Shown in pieces: positions 10,372 to 21,942 of a DNA stretch of 61,881 nucleotides. The stretch lies in assembly GCA_041676205.1 (NCBI GenBank), contig JBAYSM010000001.1:1-61881 (forward strand), read 5' to 3'. A program made the translations under genes and the position numbers. The first letter of the stretch is position 1. Each line of letters starts with the position of its first letter. Below the pieces are notes generated by a model that worked only from the letters and a program-made list of their open reading frames with translations, searched no databases and was not told where the DNA came from. The stretch comes from Rhodospirillaceae bacterium. GTDB lineage: Bacteria; Pseudomonadota; Alphaproteobacteria; Rhodospirillales; Rhodospirillaceae.

Positions 10372-11913
10372 TCAGAACCTCACGCGCGGTTTGGCGGAGT
10401 GCTCCTTGAGTTTTCCGCCGGTTTCGGCGTCAATTTCCTCCAGCAGAACGTCGTAGCCCCACAGGTTTGCCAGATGTCCCAGCACCCGCTGGGCATCGGC
10501 TTCTTCGAGGACAATGCTGTCAAGGACGCGGTGTTGCAGGCGTAGGCGGCGGTCGCCTTCCAGATCCACGTCGATCACTTGGATGTCGGGGTCGAGCCAT
10601 GCCACGTCATACTGGCGGGCCAGGGCGCGGCGCAGGCGGCGGTATCCGCGCTCGTCGTGGATGGCCTCCACGCGGATGCGTGGCTGGGCGGCGTCGTCGA
10701 CGATGTGGAACAGGCGGAAGTCGCGCATCACCTTGGGGCTGAGGAACTGGAGGATGAAACTTTCATCCCGGTAGTTGGCCCACACGTCGCGCAACACGGC
10801 CATGTGATCGGCTTGTCCGGCGATATCGGGGAACCACAAGCGGTCCTCCTCGGTCGGTTCGCGGCAGATGCGTTCGATGTCCTCCATAATCGCGAAGCCG
10901 AGTGCGTAGGGATTCAGGCCCGAATACCGCGGGTCATCAAACTCCGGCTGGAAAATCACGTTGGTATGCGAATGCATCACCTCCATCCACGCGCCGTCGC
11001 TGATGCGGCCCTCATCGTGCAGGCGGCGCATGATGCGATGGTGGCAATACGTGGCGCAGCCTTCGTTCATCACCTTGGTCTGCATTTGCGGATAGAAGTA
11101 CTGCGCGATCTGGCGGACGATGCGCAGCAGTTCGCGCTGCCACCCGGTCAGGCGCGGGGCGGTTTTCTCCAGGAAGTACAGGATGTTTTCCTGGGGAAGC
11201 TGCAATAGCGCGCGGCGGCGGTCCCTGGCGCTCGGGCCGCTGCGGGGAATGTCCGCGCCGGGCACCGTGCGCCACAGGTCGTTGTAGATGCGTTCCCGGT
11301 TGGCGTGACGCTCAATCTCGCGCTTTTCCTCGGAACGCAGGTCGGCCACCTTGGTCCGGGGATAGCGGAAAATGCCGTGGGTGCGGAGCGCGTGGGCCGC
11401 ATCGAGGACCATTTCCACCGCGGTATGCCCATGCTTTTCCTCGCACGAGGCGATGTAGTTCTGCGCAAAATCGAGATAGCCGAGGATGGCGTCGGCGTCG
11501 GTCCACTGGCGGAACAGATAGTTGTTCTTGAAGAAATGGTTATGCCCGAACCCCGCATGCGCGATGACCAGCGCCTGCATGGTCGTGGAGTTTTCCTCCA
11601 TGATGTAGCTGATGCAGGGATTGGAGTTGATGACGATCTCATAGGCCAGCCCGCGCATGCCCTTGCGATAGAGCATTTCGTGCTGCACGAAGTGCTTCCC
11701 GAACGACCAATGCTTGTAGTACAGCGGCATCCCGTTCGAGGCATAGGCGTCGAGCATCTGTTCGGCCGTAATGACTTCGATGCGGTTGGGATAGACGTCC
11801 AGGCCCATTTCGCCCACGGCGATCTCCTGGATCGCGTCGTGGACCCGCTGCACGGTATCGAAGTTCCAGTCGGCGCCCGCATAGAGCAAGCGGTCGTCGG
11901 TGCTCAGCGTCAT
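10372..11913 (-). CDS. SpoVR/YcgB family protein
   Basis: HWSFGK, IAHAGFGHNHFFKNN and TKVMNEGCAT motifs; ATGA overlap with upstream yeaH. Confidence 0.95.
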   Translation of the reverse strand: MTLSTDDRLLYAGADWNFDTVQRVHDAIQEIAVGEMGLDVYPNRIEVITAEQMLDAYASNGMPLYYKHWSFGKHFVQHEMLYRKGMRGLAYEIVINSNPCISYIMEENSTTMQALVIAHAGFGHNHFFKNNYLFRQWTDADAILGYLDFAQNYIASCEEKHGHTAVEMVLDAAHALRTHGIFRYPRTKVADLRSEEKREIERHANRERIYNDLWRTVPGADIPRSGPSARDRRRALLQLPQENILYFLEKTAPRLTGWQRELLRIVRQIAQYFYPQMQTKVMNEGCATYCHHRIMRRLHDEGRISDGAWMEVMHSHTNVIFQPEFDDPRYSGLNPYALGFAIMEDIERICREPTEEDRLWFPDIAGQADHMAVLRDVWANYRDESFILQFLSPKVMRDFRLFHIVDDAAQPRIRVEAIHDERGYRRLRRALARQYDVAWLDPDIQVIDVDLEGDRRLRLQHRVLDSIVLEEADAQRVLGHLANLWGYDVLLEEIDAETGGKLKEHSAKPRVRF

Positions 11914-13220
11914 GGTGTTGGGCTCCCTTCGGCGGCGCGGCGGAACAGGTCGCGGAACACCGGAAAGATTTCGCGGCGGTGGCGGACTTGGCGCATGACC
12001 AGCGGGCCGCCTTGGTTGGCGACGGTCCTGTACGTGCGCCACAGGTCGCTTTCCCGCTCGCGCGACCCCAGGCCGAACGGCTCCGGCCCGCCGTCGCTGC
12101 GGCCGACCTCGATATAGGCGTAGTACTGGCACAGCGGCAGGATCGACTCGGCCAGAAGCTGGGCCGTGCGCCGGTTGTCGCTGGTGGTGTTGTCGCCGTC
12201 CGACGCCTGGGCGCAATAGATGTTCCAGTCACCCGCCGGATAGCGGTCCTGCACCACCTTGAGCATTTCGTCGAGCGCGGTGGACACCACGGTCCCGCCG
12301 GTTTGCGGGTCGTGGAAGAAGGTGTCCTCGTCAACTTCCTGGGCGAGGTGGGTGTGGCGGATGAACACCACTTCCACCCGCGAATAGCGCCGCTTCAGGA
12401 ACAGGTGCAACAGCATGAAGAATCGCTTGGCGAGGTCCTTCATGCTCTCGCTCATCGACCCGGACACGTCCATCAGGCAGAACATCACAGCCTGCGCCAT
12501 TGGCTTGGGCACTTGCTGGAATCGACGGTAGCGAACGTCCAGCGGGTCGATGTAGGGGATCTGGCGGCTCATGCGCAGCTTGTCGGCCAGTGTGGCGAGC
12601 AAGGCGTTCAGGCGCTGCGGGTCGCGCCCGGACCGCTCCAGGGCCTCGATCTCCTCATAAAGGCTGCGGATCTCGGCGCCCTTGGGGCGTTTCAGCGCCA
12701 TGCGCCGGGCCATGCTGTTGCGCATGGTCCGCGTCAGGGCGAGGTTGGCCGGCGATCCCGACACCGAATAGCCGGCCCGCAACGGCACGGTCTGGTCGCT
12801 GGCCGTGGTCCGCCGCTTGACCATGTCGGGCAGTTCGAGGTCTTCGAGGAACAGGTCGAGGAACTCGTCCCGCGACAGCACGAAGCGGAAATCGTCCTCG
12901 CCGCCGCCGTCGGGGCTGCCTTCGTTGCCCCGGCCGCCGCCGCCGGGCGGGCGGGCGATGGTGTCACCTTCCACGAAGTCCTTGTTGCCCGGCAGCACGC
13001 CCGAGCGGATGCCGGTGGACGAGGACCGGCGGAAGGACGGCTCGCGCATCCCTTCGCGGGGGATGGACAGTTCGCCGCCTTGCTCCAGATCCTGAACCCC
13101 GCGCCGGGCGGAGCTTTCGCGCACCGCTTGGCGGACCTGCGCCTTGACGCGGCGCAGGAACCGTTGGCGGTTGGTCAGGCTCTTGCCCTTGGGATTGAGC
13201 CGCCGGTCGATGATGTGCAT
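11910..13220 (-). CDS. yeaH: YeaH/YhbH (UPF0229) protein
   Basis: IIDRRLNPKGKS, CLMDVSGSM (vWA MIDAS-like) and AQASDGDN motifs. Confidence 0.93.
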   Translation of the reverse strand: MHIIDRRLNPKGKSLTNRQRFLRRVKAQVRQAVRESSARRGVQDLEQGGELSIPREGMREPSFRRSSSTGIRSGVLPGNKDFVEGDTIARPPGGGGRGNEGSPDGGGEDDFRFVLSRDEFLDLFLEDLELPDMVKRRTTASDQTVPLRAGYSVSGSPANLALTRTMRNSMARRMALKRPKGAEIRSLYEEIEALERSGRDPQRLNALLATLADKLRMSRQIPYIDPLDVRYRRFQQVPKPMAQAVMFCLMDVSGSMSESMKDLAKRFFMLLHLFLKRRYSRVEVVFIRHTHLAQEVDEDTFFHDPQTGGTVVSTALDEMLKVVQDRYPAGDWNIYCAQASDGDNTTSDNRRTAQLLAESILPLCQYYAYIEVGRSDGGPEPFGLGSRERESDLWRTYRTVANQGGPLVMRQVRHRREIFPVFRDLFRRAAEGSPTP

Positions 13221-13239
13221 GGAAAGGCCCCCCTGCCGG

Positions 13240-15189
13240 TCACCCGGCCTGCTTGACCCGCATGTACCACTCCACCAACCGGCGCACCTGGCGCTCGGTA
13301 TAGCCGCGGTCGATCATGCGCTCGACGAAATCGGCGTGCTTCTTTTCGGTGTCGCTGTCCTTCTTCGATCCAAAACTGATGACCGGCAGAAGTTCCTCGG
13401 CCTGGCTGAACATGCGCCGTTCGATCACCTCGCGGATTTTCTCGTAGCTGGACCAGGACGGATTCCGCCCGCCGTTGGCCGCCCGAGAGCGCAGGGTGAA
13501 CTTCACGATTTCATTGCGGAAGTCCTTGGGGTTGGCGATGCCGGCCGGCTTTTCGATCTTGCTCAGTTCCTGGTCGATCAATCCACGATCAAGCAGTTGC
13601 CCGGTGTCGCTGTCCTTGAAGTCCAGATCCTCGACCCACGCGTCGGCATATTCGACGTAGCGGTCGAACAGGTTCTGGCCGTAGTCGTGATAGCTTTCCA
13701 GATAGGCCTTCTGGATTTCGTGGCCGATGAACTCGGCGTAGCGGGGGGCCAGTTCGCCCTTGATGAATTCGATGTAGCGGTTCTCGGTTTCCTCGGGCAC
13801 CTGCTCCTGTCGGATGGCGTTTTCGAGGACGTACATCAGGTGTACCGGGTCGGCCGCGACCTCGGTGGTGTCGTGGTTGAAGGTGGCGGCCAGGACCTTG
13901 AAGGCAAAGCGGGTGGAAATTCCGTTCATGCCTTCGTCCACGCCCGCGGCGTCGCGGTATTCCTGGAGCGTCTTGGCCTTGGGATCGACTTCCTTGAGGC
14001 TTTCGCCGTCGTAGACCCGCATTTTGGCGAACAGGTTGGAGTTTTCATGCTCGCGCAGCCGCGACAGCACCGAGAACCGGGCCAGCATTTCCAGGGTGGC
14101 CGGGGCGCAGGGCGCGGCCGACAGTTCCGACCCCTGGATCAGCTTGGCGTAGATCTTCTGTTCTTCGGTGGCGCGCAGGCAGTAGGGCACCTTGATCACA
14201 TAGATGCGGTCGATGAAGGCTTCGTTGTTCTTATTGTTCTTGAACGTCCGCCACTCGGCCTCGTTGGAGTGCGCCATGACGATGCCCGAGAACGGAATGG
14301 CCCCGATGTTTTCGGTGCCCACGTAGTTGCGTTCCTGCGTCGCGGTCAGCAGGGGGTGCAGCATCTTGATGGGCGCCTTGAACATCTCGACGAATTCCAG
14401 CAGCCCCTGGTTGGCCCGGTTCAGGCCGCCCGAGTAGCTGTAGGCGTCGGGGTCGTTCTGGGCGTGCAGTTCCAGGCGCCGGATATCGACCTTGCCGACC
14501 AGGGCCGAGACGTCCTGGTTGTTGTCATCGCCCGGTTCGGTCTTGGCCAGCGCGACCTGGCGCAGCCGCGACGGGTACATGCGAACCACCGTGAACTTGC
14601 TGATATCCCCGGCGAACTCGTCCAGGCGCTTGATGCACCATGGACTCATCGGGCCGGTCAGGCGGCGACGGGGGATGCCATAGCGTTCCTCCAGCGCAGC
14701 GCCCATGGTGTCCGGCTCGAACAGCCCGAGCGGGCTTTCAAATACCGGGCTGAGTTCGTCGCCGGCTTTCAGGACGTAGATCGGGTGGGTTTCCATCAGG
14801 GCCTTGAGCTTTTCGGCCAGCGAGGATTTGCCGCCGCCTACCGGGCCGAGCAGGTACAGGATCTGCTTGCGCTCCTCCAGCCCCTGCGCGGCATGGCGGA
14901 AGAAGCCGACGATGCGCTCGATCGTTTCTTCCATACCGAAGAAGTCGGAGAAGGCGGGATAAACCTTGATGGTCCGGTTCATGAAGATGCGGCCAAGGCG
15001 TGGGTCGTCCTTGGACGTGTCAATGGTCTGCGGGTCGCCGATGGCCTTGAGGATGCGCTCGGCTGCGCTGGCATAGGCCATCGGATCCCTGCGACACAGG
15101 TCCAGGTATTCGGCCAGTGACATCTCGGTTTCGCGGCGGCTGTCGTAGGTCTGCGCGAAGGATGTCAGGAAGTTGTCGACAAGAACCAT
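13240..15189 (-). CDS. yeaG: PrkA/YeaG AAA+ serine protein kinase
   Basis: LLGPVGGGKSS Walker A, EFVEMFKA, VEWYMRVK C-terminus; GGAGG RBS. Confidence 0.95.
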   Translation of the reverse strand: MVLVDNFLTSFAQTYDSRRETEMSLAEYLDLCRRDPMAYASAAERILKAIGDPQTIDTSKDDPRLGRIFMNRTIKVYPAFSDFFGMEETIERIVGFFRHAAQGLEERKQILYLLGPVGGGKSSLAEKLKALMETHPIYVLKAGDELSPVFESPLGLFEPDTMGAALEERYGIPRRRLTGPMSPWCIKRLDEFAGDISKFTVVRMYPSRLRQVALAKTEPGDDNNQDVSALVGKVDIRRLELHAQNDPDAYSYSGGLNRANQGLLEFVEMFKAPIKMLHPLLTATQERNYVGTENIGAIPFSGIVMAHSNEAEWRTFKNNKNNEAFIDRIYVIKVPYCLRATEEQKIYAKLIQGSELSAAPCAPATLEMLARFSVLSRLREHENSNLFAKMRVYDGESLKEVDPKAKTLQEYRDAAGVDEGMNGISTRFAFKVLAATFNHDTTEVAADPVHLMYVLENAIRQEQVPEETENRYIEFIKGELAPRYAEFIGHEIQKAYLESYHDYGQNLFDRYVEYADAWVEDLDFKDSDTGQLLDRGLIDQELSKIEKPAGIANPKDFRNEIVKFTLRSRAANGGRNPSWSSYEKIREVIERRMFSQAEELLPVISFGSKKDSDTEKKHADFVERMIDRGYTERQVRRLVEWYMRVKQAG

Positions 15190-15651
15190 GAGTCCTCCGT
15201 GGCGGGGAATCGGTCGTGTCAGCGTTTGCCGGCGGAACGCGCCCGGAAACCCCTGTCATGCGGTTCAATGGCATCGGGTTTTTTGGCCCTATGGCGCCCG
15301 ACCCTGTAGCCCTTCCGCCATGCGCAGCGGCAAAACGACCGATGCATCTGATCAACGCTTCATGGGGACGTGCGGCACCCAGAAAATCCCGAACGCAAAA
15401 GGCCACCTCCATCGAAGTGGGATTGCGCCTGGGCAAAAGCAAGCATGTGGCCCTGCCTTACTTTGGGCATTGTCCTGCCAGACACAAATTCTTGTATTCG
15501 TTGGCGGCCACATCCAAGGTTTGAGCGGCCTGAAGCCGTTCCGGTGAACGGCTGTCCATATCGGGAGAAATGGCGCAGTTGCGGCACCTTTAAACCATGC
15601 TACTTTTCCTCGGCGCTTGCATTGGGCTTGCGCTTACGGGGATTAGCTACC

Positions 15652-16014
15652 ATGAAGAACCTGGGTAAGGCGCTGCTGGTCGGCGCGAGCATGCTGTGGG
15701 CCACGTCTGCCGTCGCCGGAAATCAGGATTTCTCCCTGACCAACAAGACCGGTTACCAGATCGACCGCATCTATGTGTCTCCGTCGAACAGCACAAGCTG
15801 GGACGAAGACGTCATGGGCCGCGATGCGCTGGCGAACGGCGAAGCAGTCGATATCTCCTTCGACAACAGCGAAAACACCTGCAAGTGGGACCTCAAGGCT
15901 GTCTACAACGACGGCGAAGAGGCGGTGTGGGAAGGTTTCAACTTGTGTGAAATCAGCAAGATCACCCTCCACTACAACGCCAATACCGGCGTGACCAGCG
16001 CGACCTACGAATAA
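15652..16014 (+). CDS. Small secreted beta-rich protein of unknown function
   Basis: Signal peptide; QDFSLTNKTGY.I..IYVSP...W.ED.MG...CKWDLKA...NLC pattern; own terminator. Confidence 0.85.
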   Translation: MKNLGKALLVGASMLWATSAVAGNQDFSLTNKTGYQIDRIYVSPSNSTSWDEDVMGRDALANGEAVDISFDNSENTCKWDLKAVYNDGEEAVWEGFNLCEISKITLHYNANTGVTSATYE

Positions 16015-16070
16015 GGACCGCACCGTCTGGCTTTGGTCCGGACGAAGCGACCTTTAGGGCGCAATAGACT

Positions 16071-16101
16071 AACCCCCGCCGAGCGATCGGCGGGGGTTTT
16101 T
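16071..16101 (+). terminator. Intrinsic terminator
   Basis: AACCCCCGCCGA-GCGA-TCGGCGGGGG-TTTTT. Confidence 0.9.
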
Positions 16102-16144
16102 CGTGCTCAGATCCGTTTCAGGAAGGCGGAGATGTCGCACATAG

Positions 16145-16175
16145 AAAAACCCCCGCCGATTGCCCGACGGGGGTT
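16145..16175 (-). terminator. glnA intrinsic terminator
   Basis: On - strand: AACCCCCGTCGG-GCAA-TCGGCGGGGG-TTTTT. Confidence 0.9.
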
Positions 16176-16205
16176 CTATGAGCCTATGTTCCTGCGGGAA
16201 CGGAA

Positions 16206-17615
<1,410 letters not shown>

Positions 17616-17702
17616 GGTCCTGGATTCCCGTGTTTATGGCCGTTGGAAGGCGTGGTGATGGCGTGCCGGGAGCGGCCAAGGCCGTCCGGGTGGCGGTAAA
17701 GG

Positions 17703-18284
<582 letters not shown>

Positions 18285-18318
18285 CTATGCCTGCAGGGTC
18301 CGTGAAGTGGCAAGGAGC

Positions 18319-19497
18319 ATGCCCGTGAAGCTGGCGAATTCGGTGCTGTCGTCCTACGGCACGACCATATTCGAGGTCATGTCGCGCCTTGCTCAGGAGC
18401 ACGGCGCCGTAAATTTGGGCCAGGGCACGCCAGAGGGCCTGGAACCCGCCGACGTGGCCGAGGCGGCGGCGCGGGCCATGGCGGACGGGCCGCATCAATA
18501 CCCCTCCATGTGGGGCATCCCGGCCCTGCGGCAGGCCATCGCGGCGCACGAAAAGGCGTACTGGGGCCAGGACGTCGACTGGCAGGCCGAGGTGATGGTC
18601 ACGTCGGGCGCCACCGAAGCCCTGGCCGCCTGCCTGTTCGGCCTGATCGAGCCGGGCGACGAGGTGGTTCTGATCGAGCCGCTGTACGACAGCTATCTGC
18701 CGATCATTCGGCGGGCGGGGGGTATTCCGCGCCCGGTGCGGCTCAATCCGCCGGACTGGACCCTTCCGCGCGAAGATTTGGCAGCGGCGTTTTCCGACAA
18801 GACCAAGCTTATCCTGCTCAACACCCCGCAGAACCCCTGCGCCAAGGTGTTCACCCGCGACGAACTGGAGTTCATCGCCGGTCTGGTCGAGGCCCACGAT
18901 GCCTATGCGGTGTGCGATGAGGTGTATGAGCACCTGACCTTTGACGGGCGGCCGCATCTTCCGCTGATGACCCTGCCGGGGATGCGCGAGCGGTGCCTGC
19001 GCATCGGGTCGTTCGGCAAGGTGTTCTCGCTGACCAACTGGAAGGTCGGCTACGTCATCGCCGCGCCCGGCCTGATGAGCGCGGTGGCCAAGGCCCACCA
19101 GTTCCTCAACTTCACCACCCCTGTCGCCCAGCAAGTGGGCTTTGCCTGGGGTCTTGAGCACCGCGACGACTATGTGCGCGGCCTGCCCGGCATTCTGGAG
19201 GGCCGCCGCGACCGCCTGGCCGACGGGCTGCGCCGGATTGGATTCGCCCCCTTGACGGCGGCGGGCACCTATTTCCTCAGCGTGGACTTTTCACCGCTGG
19301 GCGTAAACGAGGACGACGCCGCGTTCTGCCGCCGCCTGACCAGCGAGGCCAAGGTGGCCGCCGTGCCGGTGTCGGCGTTTTATCAGGACCGCCCCGGCGA
19401 GCCGCGGCCATCCCACATCATCCGGTTCTGCTTCGCCAAGACCGACGCCGCCATCGCCGAGGCGTTGACCCGTCTTGAGCGTTATTTCAAAGATTAG
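18319..19497 (+). CDS. PLP-dependent class I aminotransferase (YbdL/kynurenine-glutamine transaminase-like)
   Basis: AVNLGQG, NTPQNP, DEVYEH and SFGKVFSLTNWKVG motifs; AAGGAG RBS. Confidence 0.92.
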   Translation: MPVKLANSVLSSYGTTIFEVMSRLAQEHGAVNLGQGTPEGLEPADVAEAAARAMADGPHQYPSMWGIPALRQAIAAHEKAYWGQDVDWQAEVMVTSGATEALAACLFGLIEPGDEVVLIEPLYDSYLPIIRRAGGIPRPVRLNPPDWTLPREDLAAAFSDKTKLILLNTPQNPCAKVFTRDELEFIAGLVEAHDAYAVCDEVYEHLTFDGRPHLPLMTLPGMRERCLRIGSFGKVFSLTNWKVGYVIAAPGLMSAVAKAHQFLNFTTPVAQQVGFAWGLEHRDDYVRGLPGILEGRRDRLADGLRRIGFAPLTAAGTYFLSVDFSPLGVNEDDAAFCRRLTSEAKVAAVPVSAFYQDRPGEPRPSHIIRFCFAKTDAAIAEALTRLERYFKD

Positions 19498-19560
19498 TGC
19501 CATCGGCGTGCCGCCTCCCTATGTAAACGGGCGACGGGAACTCATCGGGAACGGGTAGGC

Positions 19561-20508
19561 ATGTTCTTCGACTTTTTGGAAGGCTTCAGCTACGGGCTGT
19601 TCGTGTCCTGCTTCCCCTGGTTCATCCTGGGGATGGTGGAGCCGCGCCTGGCCCTGCCGACCGACCCGCCGCGCCGCTGGCAGGCCATCGTGCGGTACTG
19701 GTTCCTGGTGCCGTTCCTGGCGTTTGTGCTGTGGCTGACCTCGTTGCCCGGCGGCATCGGCAGCCCGACGCTGGGTGGCTGGCTGGTCGGTTTGGCGGCC
19801 ATCGCCATAGAGGTTCCGCTGGAACGCCGCTGGCGCCGTTGGCGGGCCGGCAAGTTGGAACGCCGCCGCAAGGCCGTGCTCGATGCCGCCCGCGCCGCCC
19901 TGGAGCGGGAGCAGCGCGAGGCCGGCGTGATTGACCTGGACCCCGAAAACCCGCCTGCAGGGGCTGACGATGTGATCCTAGGTCTGTGCGAAGGCAAGCG
20001 CCGCCTGCTTGATGCCCGCCGTCCCGACCTCGCCCTACAGGCTGACCGCCTGTATGCCCGTTATGCCCATGTGATCGATGTGCTGCGCGGCAAGTTCGAC
20101 GAACGCGAGCTGACCTTCGAGCGGTCGCGCGGACTGGTGGCCGAGGTGGCGCGCGGTGCGGTGGACAATTTGTTGGGCATGGCCTCGCTGGCCCATGGCG
20201 TTGCCGGGGTGGACGCCGGTTTCGTGCGTCGCCGCCTGGACACCGAAGGCCCCCGTTTATCGCCCGAGGAACGGGAGGCACTGCGTCGCCGCCTCGATCT
20301 GGTGGACGACACCGACCGCCGGGTGCGGGATTTGGCGTCGCGCAACGAAGCCGCCATGACCGCCCTGGACGATGCGGCGGTGGCCGTGGCGCGGGTGGAA
20401 ACCGAACGGGCGCAGGCCTCCGTGGCGGCCGAAACGGCGCTTCAGGACCTGCGCCGCTTTATCGACAAGGCCGACCTTTACGGCCGCAGTGCCGCCCTCA
20501 AGGAGTAG
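19561..20508 (+). CDS. Membrane protein with helical cytoplasmic domain; TelA partner
   Basis: About three N-terminal TM segments then charged coiled-coil; 6 bp upstream of the TelA-family gene. Confidence 0.75.
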   Translation: MFFDFLEGFSYGLFVSCFPWFILGMVEPRLALPTDPPRRWQAIVRYWFLVPFLAFVLWLTSLPGGIGSPTLGGWLVGLAAIAIEVPLERRWRRWRAGKLERRRKAVLDAARAALEREQREAGVIDLDPENPPAGADDVILGLCEGKRRLLDARRPDLALQADRLYARYAHVIDVLRGKFDERELTFERSRGLVAEVARGAVDNLLGMASLAHGVAGVDAGFVRRRLDTEGPRLSPEEREALRRRLDLVDDTDRRVRDLASRNEAAMTALDDAAVAVARVETERAQASVAAETALQDLRRFIDKADLYGRSAALKE

Positions 20509-20514
20509 CAGTTC

Positions 20515-21690
20515 ATGACCGAGAATCCGGCATCGCCGCTGAGTCTGTCCCTGCCGGTTGACGATATCGCCGCCGAGGTCGAAGAACAACTCGCCAAGGC
20601 CGAGGACCCCGAACTGGCCGCCATGGCCGAGGCTTTCGTGCAGGAAGTGCTGGCCGAGGAACCCATCGTCCCGGCCGAGGGCGGCACCCATCGCCAGCGC
20701 GAGGCGGTGGACAGCATGGGCGCCGAGATCCAGAAGCAGGCGGCCTATCGGAGTTCCATGCTTCAAGGCTCCATCCGCAAGCTGGCGCACGAGGGCGACG
20801 AGGGCGGGCCGGTGGCCAAGGCGCTGCTCAACCTGCGCAGCCGCATGACCGACCTCGACCCGCACCGCCAGAACCTGACCGACGGCGGCTTGGCCAAACT
20901 CCTGTCATTCATTCCTGGCGTCGGCACCCGGTTGCAACGCTACTTCCACAAATTCGAGACGGCGCAGCAGGCTCTGGACGCCATCATCAAGGACCTCGAA
21001 TCCGGCCGCGACATGCTGCGCCGGGATAACGTGACCCTGGCCGACGATCAGGACGCGTTGCGCGACGTTTTGGGCCGCCTACGCCGTCAGATCGATCTGG
21101 GCGGCATGATCGACAAGCGGCTGGTCAAGGCGGCCGAGGGGCTGCCTGTCGATGATCCGCGCCGGGCGTTCATTGAGGAAGAACTGGTCTTTCCGCTGCG
21201 CCAGCGCATCGTTGACCTGCACCAGCAACTGTCGGTCAGCCAGCAGGGTGTCTTGGCCCTGGAAGTGGTCATCCGCAATAACCGCGAGCTTGTGCGCGGC
21301 GTGGACCGTGCCATCAACGTCACGGTGTCGGCCCTCAATGTCGCGGTGACGGTGGCGTTGGCTCTGGCGAATCAGCGTCTGGTGCTTGACCGGGTGGAGG
21401 CTCTGAATACCACCACGTCCGACATGATCGCGGGCACGGCCAAGGCATTGCGTGGGCAGGGCGTGGCGATTCAAAATCGCGCCGCGTCCAGCATGCTGGA
21501 CATGGAAAAGCTGGAGGCCGCATTCGCCGACGTGCTTGGCGCCATTGAGGAAGTCTCCCGTTATCGCCGTGACGCGCTGCCCAAATTGGACGCCCAGATC
21601 GACCGGCTGGAGGATCTGACCGCCAAGGGCGCCGAGGCCATCACGCGCTTGGAACGCGGCAACGCAACGCACCCGGAAAACAGGGTCTGA
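20515..21690 (+). CDS. Toxic anion resistance protein (TelA/KlaA family)
   Basis: YFHKFETAQ..LDAII, LRQRIVDL.QQL.VSQQG and IRNNRELVRGVDRA motifs. Confidence 0.88.
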   Translation: MTENPASPLSLSLPVDDIAAEVEEQLAKAEDPELAAMAEAFVQEVLAEEPIVPAEGGTHRQREAVDSMGAEIQKQAAYRSSMLQGSIRKLAHEGDEGGPVAKALLNLRSRMTDLDPHRQNLTDGGLAKLLSFIPGVGTRLQRYFHKFETAQQALDAIIKDLESGRDMLRRDNVTLADDQDALRDVLGRLRRQIDLGGMIDKRLVKAAEGLPVDDPRRAFIEEELVFPLRQRIVDLHQQLSVSQQGVLALEVVIRNNRELVRGVDRAINVTVSALNVAVTVALALANQRLVLDRVEALNTTTSDMIAGTAKALRGQGVAIQNRAASSMLDMEKLEAAFADVLGAIEEVSRYRRDALPKLDAQIDRLEDLTAKGAEAITRLERGNATHPENRV

Positions 21691-21697
21691 ATTCTTC

Positions 21698-21727
21698 TTG
21701 ACGGGTGCTGCCGGGCAGGGGTAGAAA
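21698..21727 (+). promoter_or_regulatory. Sigma70-like promoter of tRNA-His
   Basis: TTGACG-N18-TAGAAA, 30 bp upstream of the tRNA. Confidence 0.5.
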
Positions 21728-21757
21728 CGCGACCTCGCCACATGGCGGGAACACAGT

Positions 21758-21835
21758 GGCGGGTATAGCTCAGTTGGTTAGAGCGCCTGGTTGTGGTCCA
21801 GGAGGCCGTCGGTTCGAATCCGTCTACTCGCCCCA
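21758..21835 (+). tRNA. tRNA-His (GTG)
   Basis: Acceptor GCGGGTA/TACTCGC, anticodon arm CCTGG-TTGTGGT-CCAGG, TTCGAAT T-loop, encoded G-1, C73 and CCA. Confidence 0.96.
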
Positions 21836-21865
21836 TCCTCCGCCCCCTAGGCGGAGCAGACGCAT

Positions 21866-21900
21866 AAAAAAGGTCCGTGCCTCTGGCGCGGGCCTTTTTT
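21866..21900. terminator. Bidirectional intrinsic terminator
   Basis: AAAAAAGGTCCGTGCC-TCT-GGCGCGGGCC-TTTTTT. Confidence 0.88.
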
Positions 21901-21942
21901 CATGGTCGTCAGCGATTGGGGGAAAGCTGTGGGACGCCTGCT

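Noticed and set aside
10372-11913. SpoVR or SpoIIE-like genes as evidence for sporulation
   Set aside because: Both families are widespread in non-sporulating proteobacteria.
15190-15651. Possible riboswitch or sRNA upstream of yeaG (CCCAG..AATCCC..GGGATT..CTGGG pairing)
   Set aside because: No known aptamer consensus was recognised, and such pairing is common at this GC content.
21820-21942. tRNA-His as an occupied integration site
   Set aside because: The tRNA is followed directly by its terminator and a host-like gene; no integrase or duplicated 3' end was seen.
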